Shown: piece after piece, positions 18,710-26,289 of the stretch
Position numbering within the stretch: position 1 is the stretch's first letter
How the letters are laid out: the number at the start of each line of letters is the position of its first letter
NCBI GenBank assembly: GCA_013820875.1
Contig: JACDHS010000008.1
Coordinates: 277 to 64,276 of the forward strand
DNA: 64,000 nucleotides
Origin: Verrucomicrobiota bacterium
GTDB taxonomy: Bacteria > Verrucomicrobiota > Verrucomicrobiia > Limisphaerales > JACDHS01
Direction: 5' to 3'
The notes under the pieces: model-generated
Database searches by the model: none
What the model saw: only the letters and a program-made list of their open reading frames with translations
What the model was told of the DNA's origin: nothing
Made by a program: the position numbers and the translations under genes

Positions 18710-18924
18710 GGTTTGCGTTTAGCGAGACGTTTTTTCAGTTGCGCTAGCGTTAGAAATTCACCCCGCCCTGCTGCAACTTTGGCCATGCGCTGATCGAGAA
18801 TCTTTTTGTGCCAGGCGGGCGATTCCACTTTGTCCGGAGTGCGAGCCATCGAACGCCAGAGTAATTCCATGGCCTGAAGTCGTTCAGTGGCACTCATCCG
18901 TTCAATTTCGCCTGCTCCAATCAT
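18706..18924 (-). CDS. Addiction-module antitoxin component
   Basis: ERLQAMELLWRSM...SPAWHKKILDQR pattern; coupled to the ParE toxin. Confidence 0.85.
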   Translation of the reverse strand: MIGAGEIERMSATERLQAMELLWRSMARTPDKVESPAWHKKILDQRMAKVAAGRGEFLTLAQLKKRLAKRKP

Positions 18925-18980
18925 GCTGCAAAATTACTTCCTCCTTTTGCGAGCGGCAAGCCAATCGCTCGACGAATTCA

Positions 18981-19053
18981 GATTCAGGAACGACGACGGG
19001 CGGGTAAACGGACGGCGCTTTGACTTCACGAAAATGTAAGCGGGCTTGGGAAA
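18981..19053 (+). repeat. Cassette-boundary repeat R4
   Basis: GATTCAGGAACGACGACGGGCGGGTAAACGGACGGCGCTTTGACTTCACGAAAATGTAAGCGGGCTTGGGAAA. Confidence 0.93.
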
Positions 19054-19100
19054 TGGAGACTGATGTTGCAACCCAACCTCCAGAATCGTAACTTCCGGCT

Positions 19101-19319
19101 ATGAGCTATCTAACGGTTGAAGTCGAAATCGACCACGGGCGCGTTTCAGCCAAAGGCGCGGAAACATTGCCGGAGAAAGCATCCGGCTTGCTCACGATTC
19201 TAAATCCTCCCGCCCTTTCCCAGCCACGTCCCATCGGTTTGGCCAAAGGTCAATTTACTGTGCCGGAGGATTTCAACGCGCCGCTGCCGGAAGACGTGTT
19301 GCGAACGTTTGAAGGCTAA
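19101..19319 (+). CDS. VapB-like antitoxin
   Basis: C-terminal RPIGLAKGQFTVPEDFNAPLPEDVLRTFEG typical of PIN-associated antitoxins; TAATG overlap with the toxin. Confidence 0.85.
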   Translation: MSYLTVEVEIDHGRVSAKGAETLPEKASGLLTILNPPALSQPRPIGLAKGQFTVPEDFNAPLPEDVLRTFEG

Positions 19320-19702
19320 TGAGGATTCTGCTCGATACCTGCGAGTTCCTCTGGCTCGTCTCCGGCGACGCAAAATTGTCATCATATGTCGCCTCGGCGG
19401 TTCGCGACCCGCAAAATCAGGTTTTTCTCAGCGTGGTTTCGTTTTGGGAAATTTCCATCAAACACGCCATCGGCAAACTTCCGTTGCCGCAGCCACCTTC
19501 TATCTTTGTGCCGCAGCAACGCGACAAACATTTGATCATGCCAATGGCATTGGATGAAGCCGCCGTCTCGCAATTGAGCGGCCTACCGACTCTGCATCGC
19601 GATCCGTTCGACCGCATGTTAGTTTGCCAGGCGCAAGCGCACGGTCTGATGTTCGCTTCATCCGATCCACTCATCAAACAGTATCCGGTTACGCTGCTTT
19701 AA
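19319..19702 (+). CDS. vapC: VapC-family PIN-domain toxin
   Basis: MRILLDT, SVVSFWEISIK and HRDPFDRMLVCQA motifs. Confidence 0.93.
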   Translation: MRILLDTCEFLWLVSGDAKLSSYVASAVRDPQNQVFLSVVSFWEISIKHAIGKLPLPQPPSIFVPQQRDKHLIMPMALDEAAVSQLSGLPTLHRDPFDRMLVCQAQAHGLMFASSDPLIKQYPVTLL

Positions 19703-19713
19703 GGGCAGTTACA

Positions 19714-19792
19714 CCCTTTGGGACCCGGGAACGACGACGGGCGCACAAACGGTCGGCAAATTGACTTTACGAAAATGTAAAGCGGGCTTTGG
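19714..19792 (+). repeat. Cassette-boundary repeat R5
   Basis: CCCTTTGGGACCCGGGAACGACGACGGGCGCACAAACGGTCGGCAAATTGACTTTACGAAAATGTAAAGCGGGCTTTGG. Confidence 0.93.
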
Positions 19793-19834
19793 CTTTGCGT
19801 TTCCAAAAATATTCGTAAGAATGGCTCAAAATTT

Positions 19835-20545
19835 ATGGGCCTTTTCGACTTCTTTCGCAAACCAAAGTCTGAACTCGACTCGTTGACGGAGGAATGGAAC
19901 CAGCGATTATTTCCTGGCGGCAAACAAGAGATACTCTATGGAGCAAAAATTGTCGTCCAAATCAGCAATGGAAAATTGAGTGAGATAGAAGCTGCAAAAG
20001 TTTTTGCGATGGCGAAGTCACGATACACGCTCGCATCAACTGCATTCAATGGGACAACAAAATTGGGGCCAAAACTGGAGGAGATGTCGGCGTGAACAAT
20101 AGCCGATTCTGAGGACAAATTAAGCGCTCCAGAGGCGGCCCGAATTATCTACTACGTGATGTTTTGTAAGGTTGATTCTTCGCTGGAAACTCCCATTACA
20201 ATCAAAAATTTTCTCGAAGGAGGATTCGGTTCTGATTCTTTTGGTTGTGCCTCTGACGAAATCCCCTCTGCAATTGGAGAGTTCGGATTTGATCCAACTA
20301 ACCCGATTCCAGTTCGCGGCATTGTTTCCAGTAACATTTATTTGGAACGGCTGCTTACAAGCGAAGGGAAGAAAGTTGACTATAAGCGAAATGGTTCGCT
20401 GATTGTTCCCAACATCTCCGGTAACATTGACGAATACGAAATTAGTCAGAATGGTCGTCCGTTGTGTAAATTGTATATCAGTCCCTACAACCAGCGAATT
20501 TCAGGACGACCGCCGCGTGGTTTTATTCTTTTTCAGGAAGATTAG
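19835..20545 (+). pseudogene. AT-rich hypothetical gene split by one in-frame TGA
   Basis: ORFs 19835-20095 and 20156-20545 share a frame, with only TGA 20093-20095 between them; C-terminal GEFGFDPTNPIPV...YLERL...YKRNGS...NIDEY block looks like a conserved domain. Confidence 0.65.
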
Positions 20546-20593
20546 GCTAAATGCCGTTACAACTCAGCAGGAGGCTGAAAACCCAAATCAATC

Positions 20594-21223
20594 ATGTTTA
20601 ACTTTTTCAAAAAGGATTTGAGCGAAATTAGCGACACCAAATATCAGATGCTGGCTATGCTTGTTCTTTCCAACACGACAGGTTCGGCGATGGCGTTGGC
20701 GGCAAGTTCCCCTAAACGCGATCCGAAGACTGCGTATTTCGTTATTCTTGAGACGTTGGCCTTCGCAACGTGTCTGGTGGAAATGTGTGCCCAACGGAAG
20801 TTCAAATTCACGGATGGGCATCAAGCTCTTGCCATGATCCAAACTTTGCAAAAACACTATGGGAAATTTTCAAAAATGGGCGAAATCAAAATCGAAGATG
20901 GCACTTTCGATCCTTCCCTATTTGAGGGTGCTGCTTCCGATGAGTTTCTCGAACGGGTGTTGTTTTATGCCGCTCGTGATTATCAGGGCTTGGGCATTAC
21001 CGAAGAAATGTTCGATGAATTTTGCAAAGCGACTGGCCAATACGCTCGATTGCTAAAGAATTCCGACCTGAATATGGCAACCGCGATGTACCAAGCAACA
21101 ATTTTTGGAGTGCTCGGCGATCAAGTGACAAACGAATATTACAATTTTCTCCTGCAGAACACGGATGAGATTAAAGATCGTTTGGTTAAGAAAATTGAGC
21201 GCCTCTTCAAGCAAGATATCTGA
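20594..21223 (+). CDS. AT-rich hypothetical protein
   Basis: 209-aa open frame starting MFNFFKK; no family recognised. Confidence 0.7.
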   Translation: MFNFFKKDLSEISDTKYQMLAMLVLSNTTGSAMALAASSPKRDPKTAYFVILETLAFATCLVEMCAQRKFKFTDGHQALAMIQTLQKHYGKFSKMGEIKIEDGTFDPSLFEGAASDEFLERVLFYAARDYQGLGITEEMFDEFCKATGQYARLLKNSDLNMATAMYQATIFGVLGDQVTNEYYNFLLQNTDEIKDRLVKKIERLFKQDI

Positions 21224-21276
21224 ACAATCCCAAACAAAATGACGTTTCTGGTCTCTCGATAAATCACGAAAGCTTG

Positions 21277-21972
21277 TCAATGTATCTCCGCTTGAAACTC
21301 GAAGCAACCGTTTGGGTCCATCACAACAAATTTATCGAGATCGTGTGATTCAATTACGATTTTTGTAAACCACTTTGGCTTTTTCCAAAACCACACACAG
21401 TCTCCGCGAAGAGTCTCTGACCTCCAGAGAAGTTCTGCTTTACATAGAGACAATGTATCCACAAGAACAAGCCAAGTCTCGTCGTAATGGAAAAAGTTGC
21501 TGGCATTCAACCTTTGGGTTTTGGTGACAATTATTTCCTTAGCTTTTTTGAGCCAGTAATCATCTTGTTGGTCGGCTGTATAACCTTGGAAAAACTGAGA
21601 GTTCAGAGCGCTTTGATTCTTTAATTCTTGGGAACTGTTTCCACTCTCAACCAAATAAGGCGTTGAATCGAAAGGTCGCTTTGCGTGAACCCTTCGCTCT
21701 TCGAGTCGGGGATTAGCAATCCTCGACGCTTCGATTCCAATTGTTCGCCCAGCCATTCGCAATTTGAAATCAGGATTTATTTCTGTGGTGTGGGTAATCT
21801 CCAAAGGAAAAGCGTGCATGTTTTCTGAAGCAGCGAATAGAAACTTATTGATCTGCAATCTTTCACAACGAAGTCTGTTCGGCAACTTGTTGGCCAAACA
21901 ACAGTCTGCTTTCAGTTTAGTAAGCAATTCATCGAGGGAATCAGCGGTTAAATACGGTTTTGGATCATTCAT
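21277..21972 (-). CDS. Hypothetical protein, possible PD-(D/E)xK nuclease fold
   Basis: AT-rich 231-aa ORF containing NPDFKL...IGIEASR. Confidence 0.55.
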   Translation of the reverse strand: MNDPKPYLTADSLDELLTKLKADCCLANKLPNRLRCERLQINKFLFAASENMHAFPLEITHTTEINPDFKLRMAGRTIGIEASRIANPRLEERRVHAKRPFDSTPYLVESGNSSQELKNQSALNSQFFQGYTADQQDDYWLKKAKEIIVTKTQRLNASNFFHYDETWLVLVDTLSLCKAELLWRSETLRGDCVWFWKKPKWFTKIVIESHDLDKFVVMDPNGCFEFQAEIH

Positions 21973-22327
21973 AGTTCGGAATCTTTCAATATCTCCCAAG
22001 CCAGAAGTTCTTTCACCAAACTCTGAATTGAGTCAGATGGTCCGTCAGGGAGGCAAGGGAGTGTGAGCAAAGTGGGTGCCACGAATTTTGACCACCTAAC
22101 TGGAAGATTTAAGCCGATGAAGTCAATTATCGAATAGCGCTGATAGAATCGGTTACAAATTAACCTCTTCAGCTCTGCCTTATGAATTAAGAGGCATCAC
22201 CTAAACAGTAAGTTTGTAAGAGCTACTTTCCCCATTCTTCCCTCCCTTTTTTTGAGGGTTTCGTATCAGCCGTTTTTCATCCGAACGACCGGAACCTTGA
22301 CTGTCAAAGTGCGGGCCAACGCCAGGC

Positions 22328-22513
22328 CTATTCTTCGAGCACCGCCAGAATTTCCATTCGCACCTGGTGATAGGGTTCCGATTGCCGTTCGAAATCGGTG
22401 ATCGTTCGCGCGATTCGGCGGGTGATCTCATCGGCTCGCTCGGGATTCCGTTTCGCCAGCGAGGTGAGCAGCGCATGGTCGATGACGCCTTCACGGAACG
22501 AAACCATTCGCAT
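22328..22513 (-). CDS. Small hypothetical protein divergent from the wHTH gene
   Basis: C-terminal 61 codons of track ORF 22328-22846 look helical; start uncertain. Confidence 0.35.
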   Translation of the reverse strand: MRMVSFREGVIDHALLTSLAKRNPERADEITRRIARTITDFERQSEPYHQVRMEILAVLEE

Positions 22514-22670
22514 GGACGGAATGAACGCATGCCGTTTCAATGTGGGGGCTCTGCCGCATAAATGCGGCGTTCCGGGCGCGCGGAGGAACGCCGCCTTCAG
22601 GTGCCTTCGGGCGGCAGTATCGGCGTCTTCCGAGCTTGCGGAAATGAGATACGATTTAGAAGATGCCCGC

Positions 22671-23024
22671 ATGGCCCAGGAACATTCGCCTAAAACAATT
22701 CCGCTCAAGGTTCGCCGATGGAAGACGGATGACGTGTTTCTCATGTTGAAGGATCCATTCAGGCAACAGATCCTGCGGTCGCTCGCAAACGGCGAAGCGA
22801 AAACGGGGATGGAACTGAACGCCGCTTCAGGACGGACACGCCACACCTACCTCAAACACCTGACGGCGCTGTGTAAGGTCGGACTCCTGGTTAAAAAGGA
22901 GAACCAAAATGATCGTCGACTACTTCTTTACGGTTTGGCTCCAGGCGTCAGCGTGTGTAACACGGACGATGGCATGACGATGGACTTCGGTTGCTGCATG
23001 CTGCGGTTTGCCCAATTGAAATAG
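22671..23024 (+). CDS. Winged helix-turn-helix (ArsR/MarR-like) DNA-binding protein
   Basis: LKDPFRQQILRSLANGEAKTGMELNAASGRTRHTYLKHLTALCKVGLL...DRRLLLY pattern. Confidence 0.75.
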   Translation: MAQEHSPKTIPLKVRRWKTDDVFLMLKDPFRQQILRSLANGEAKTGMELNAASGRTRHTYLKHLTALCKVGLLVKKENQNDRRLLLYGLAPGVSVCNTDDGMTMDFGCCMLRFAQLK

Positions 23025-23200
23025 GGCCAGGATAGCAGCATTTCACGGATAAACAGTTCGGGCGCTTTCTGCCGCCAGAAATGCGGCGGCACTTTGGGTT
23101 CACCCGCTGTTGCACGGAATTGTTTTCAGCAAAGGTTGGGCGAACCGAAATCCGGGGCGCTCCGAGGGCTTGCAAGCTAGGTAAACCCGTTTTCGTCCCA

Positions 23201-23520
23201 TTTTGCTGAAAAATAAGTTAACGAACACCTGCGCTAACCCTTCTTTCCGGAAGAAAAAGTTAACGACCTCATGTGATGAAGGATCTTTATGGAAAGAAAA
23301 GTTAACGAATGGCCTGCCGAAGGTTGGTTTATGGAAAAATTAGTTAACGATCACACACAACGAGTGCCTTTTCCGGAAGAAAAAGTTAACAAATGCATGC
23401 GAGAACCCATTATTCCGGAAATAAAAGTTAACGACGGCATGTGATGAAGGATCTTTACGGAAACAAAAGTTAACGATGGCATGTGATGAAGGATCTTTAC
23501 GGAAACGAAAGTTAACGAAA
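23201..23520. repeat. 42-bp-period array: 8 GTTAAC-centred conserved motifs with 19-bp variable linkers
   Basis: GTTAAC at 23217, 23259, 23301, 23343, 23385, 23427, 23469, 23511; conserved TTT(C/A)(C/T)GGAA-N-AAAGTTAACGA. Confidence 0.95.
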
Positions 23521-23760
23521 TTTCTGTTTAGAGACTTTTGGAGGGCGGAAAAGCGCCGAAATCCATGTATTCGGCGGTTTTTTTGTCAGGAATTGACGTG
23601 AAATGTGTGTTTACGAGTTTTTGCAGTGTGTTTTGGCGGTGCTTTTCGGGTTAGTGGGCTTTCGTTGGAATGATCTCAAATCCGGCAGTTCAATACCGCT
23701 AATCTACGCTAATGACCGCTAATCAGAGGGGGGATTGCGAAGAAGGCCGATTGAAAAGCC

Positions 23761-23851
23761 AACCACCTGTTGGGTGAAGTCCTTGTTTCGCCTAACCACT
23801 TCTCTATTAGCGATTATCAGCGCAGATTAGCGGTTAACTGCGGTTTTTAGG
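23761..23851 (-). repeat. ~90-bp dispersed element, copy 1
   Basis: Reverse complement aligns by eye to 51059-51149 with about 9 mismatches and 2 indels. Confidence 0.85.
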
Positions 23852-24013
23852 TTGAATTGAAAATGGAAACGAAGCCGCCATTCCGCGCCGGAGAAGTAAT
23901 GCATCCTGGCGCAAGTTCCACCCCGTTGTTGGTAATCCATTGTTCCTGTCATCAATGGTGATCTGCTGGGCACACGCGTAAGGACGACGTTTATGGAGTG
24001 CCTTTTTTCCAGG

Positions 24014-25228
24014 CTAAATCATGTGGCAGAACATTGCGTCGCGCAGTTTGGGTTCAAACCAGGTGCTTTTAGGCGGCATGATTCCACCGGCGTCGGAGAT
24101 GCTCATTAAATCTTCGATGCTCGTGGGGAACATGGAAAACGCGCAGGCGTAATCGCCGTTGTTCACCAGTTTTTCCAACTCGGCTGTTCCGCGGATGCCA
24201 CCGACGAAGTTGATGCGCTTGCTCGTGCGCGGATCATCGATGCCAAAGATCGGGTCGAGGACATGTTTTTGCAGGAGCGTGACGTCGAGTTGCTCGATCG
24301 GATCCGTTGTGGTGGCGAATTCCGGGCGGAAATGGAGCGTGTGCCATTGGCCTTTGATGAAGAGTCCGAGTTCGTGTTTGCGCGTCGGTTTGGCAGCGCC
24401 GTTCGGCTGGATGATGAAAACGGCATCAAGTTTCTCGAGCACCTGTTCGACTGTAAGCCCATTCAAATCTTTCAGGACGCGGTTGTAGGGCAGAATCTGC
24501 ATTTGGTTGTGTGGAAAAATCACCGTCAGGAATGAGCCGCTGTTCCCGGCTCCTTTGCGGGATTGATACACCCGGCCTGCGGCAGCACTGCGATGATGTC
24601 CATCGGCAATGTAGAGGAATGGGATCTTCTGAAATTCACTTTCAATCTGCGCAATCATCTCAGGTTCGTTTACCACCCAGGCGGTGTGGCGGACGCCATC
24701 CGGCGCGGTGAGATCCATGTTTGGCATCTCTGCGGTTTTCCTGGTTGCCAGTTCATTGAGCGCATCCACTGCACGATAGGTGAGAAAGACCGGGCCGGTT
24801 TGTGAATTCAACGCTTCAATGTGGCGAACGCGATCATCCTCTTTATCCGGGCGCGTGAATTCGTGCTTCTTGATGATGTCGTTCAGGTAATCTTCGCAAC
24901 TCGCGGCGGCGACCAGGCCGATCTGGCTGTGGTTGCCCATGATCTGGCGGTAGAAATAGAAGCAGGCTGTTTCGTCCTGGCGCAGGGCGCCTTGTTGAAT
25001 CAGGCGATCGAAGTTTTCTTTGCCTTTGGCATAAACTTCGGGCGAGTGAACATCCGTTCCAGCAGGCAGATCGATTTCCGGTTTGCTGACGTGCAGAAAG
25101 CTGAGTGGATTATCTTTAGCCATATCGCGGGCTTCCTCGGATGACATGACATCATAAGGGAGTTCGCAGATTTTATCGGCCAATTCAGGTTTGGGGCGGA
25201 GCGCGGGGAACGGTTTAATAATCGCCAT
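24014..25228 (-). CDS. DUF1015 family protein
   Basis: MAIIKPFPALRP, ELPYDV, HEFTRPDKEDDR, YIADGHHRSAAA, MPPKSTWFEPKLR motifs. Confidence 0.93.
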   Translation of the reverse strand: MAIIKPFPALRPKPELADKICELPYDVMSSEEARDMAKDNPLSFLHVSKPEIDLPAGTDVHSPEVYAKGKENFDRLIQQGALRQDETACFYFYRQIMGNHSQIGLVAAASCEDYLNDIIKKHEFTRPDKEDDRVRHIEALNSQTGPVFLTYRAVDALNELATRKTAEMPNMDLTAPDGVRHTAWVVNEPEMIAQIESEFQKIPFLYIADGHHRSAAAGRVYQSRKGAGNSGSFLTVIFPHNQMQILPYNRVLKDLNGLTVEQVLEKLDAVFIIQPNGAAKPTRKHELGLFIKGQWHTLHFRPEFATTTDPIEQLDVTLLQKHVLDPIFGIDDPRTSKRINFVGGIRGTAELEKLVNNGDYACAFSMFPTSIEDLMSISDAGGIMPPKSTWFEPKLRDAMFCHMI

Positions 25229-25491
25229 AAAGTCGCGCGAAGATACAAAATGACAGTTGGAACGCAAATGGTTCGTTTCTCCTTTGAGCATTTTTATGGA
25301 GCGTTCCAGGGATTGAATCGCTCAGAACTGAGCAAATCAGTTTCTCCATTAGAGCTAATTACATTCATTACCGAGGACGTTTTCACTTGCGACTAATCTA
25401 ATACGGGGCTTAAATAACAATGTAATTGGGCATGAGCCCTACAGATGGTTATCGAATACTGCATGAATAAACTTCAACTGGTGAGGGTTTC

Positions 25492-26220
25492 TTGAGCCGC
25501 CCTTATTCTCCTCGATCACAACAATCGAGTTCTTTCGTCCGCGTAAACGGGAAGATCCGCGCCCGGGAAGTGCGCCTGATTGGGCACGACGGTCAGCAAC
25601 TCGGAGTCGTATCTCTGAGCGATGCATTGAACATCGCTCGTCAACAAGGTGTGGATCTCGTTGAAATCGCGTCGAACGCGACCCCGCCCGTCTGCAAGGT
25701 GATTGACTTCGGGAAATATCGTTACGAATTGTCGAAGAAGGAAAAGGAATCCAAGAAGCACCAGCACGGCAACAAGGTTAAGGAAGTCCAGCTCAGCCCG
25801 AAGATCGATCCGCATGATTTCGCAACGAAGCTCCAGCATGCCGTTGATTTCTTGTGCGACGAAATGAAGGTGAAAGTCACTCTTCGCTTCCGCGGCCGGG
25901 AAAATGCCCACAAGGAAATCGGTTTTCAGCAGGTGAACAATTTTATCCGCGATGTCTCGCCCTTTGCCCAACCTGATGCGCCGCCGAAGCTAATTGGCAA
26001 AGGCATCAACGTGATGCTGAGTCCATTGCCGAAGAACAAACGCGCCAAAAATCCGAAGGAGGCTGAGGCAGATGAGAGTCCTGAGGTCGTGGAAGAGCCG
26101 GTGCAGAAGAAAGAGGTCAAGCCACCCAAAGCCAAAAAGGTGGTGCCGGTCACTGCTGCTGAAGAATCATCGGCCCCCGAGTTTGCCAATACCCCGTTCT
26201 CTGATTTGGAGCCGAAGTAA
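25492..26220 (+). CDS. infC: Translation initiation factor IF-3 with C-terminal extension
   Basis: RVNGKIRAREVRLI, DLVEIA...PPVCKVIDFGKYRY, KVTLRFRGRE; non-ATG (TTG) start. Confidence 0.96.
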   Translation: MSRPYSPRSQQSSSFVRVNGKIRAREVRLIGHDGQQLGVVSLSDALNIARQQGVDLVEIASNATPPVCKVIDFGKYRYELSKKEKESKKHQHGNKVKEVQLSPKIDPHDFATKLQHAVDFLCDEMKVKVTLRFRGRENAHKEIGFQQVNNFIRDVSPFAQPDAPPKLIGKGINVMLSPLPKNKRAKNPKEAEADESPEVVEEPVQKKEVKPPKAKKVVPVTAAEESSAPEFANTPFSDLEPK

Positions 26221-26289
26221 CCCACCGAGGGGGCAGGTTTAAGGTTCGGAGTTGGACTTGGAACTTTGAACCTGAAACTTTGAACTTCC

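Larger units (their letters stand above)
13077..24057. mobile_element. Genomic island bounded by direct repeats of the DUF1015 3' end
   Basis: 41-bp direct repeats 13077-13117 and 24017-24057 (39/41 identical); content is accessory (TA pairs, transposase relic, AT-rich orphans); no integrase seen. Confidence 0.8.

Noticed and set aside
17293-19792. Classical integron/CALIN call
   Set aside because: Repeats lack RYYYAAC/GTTRRRY boxes and a long palindrome, and no integron integrase is present; reported as a non-attC array instead.
23047-23157. Short motifs GGATAAACAG and GAAATCCGGGG shared with the minus strand at ~388-438
   Set aside because: Spacing and orientation relative to the arrays differ; 10-11-mers could be chance.
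23201-23520. CRISPR array call for the 42-bp repeat-spacer array (and the other three arrays)
   Set aside because: No cas genes in the window; 19-bp linkers are shorter than typical spacers and several are related to or duplicate each other; repeats are degenerate.
25492-26220. TTG start and long tail of infC
   Set aside because: Non-ATG starts are expected for infC autoregulation and low-complexity tails are common; not novel.
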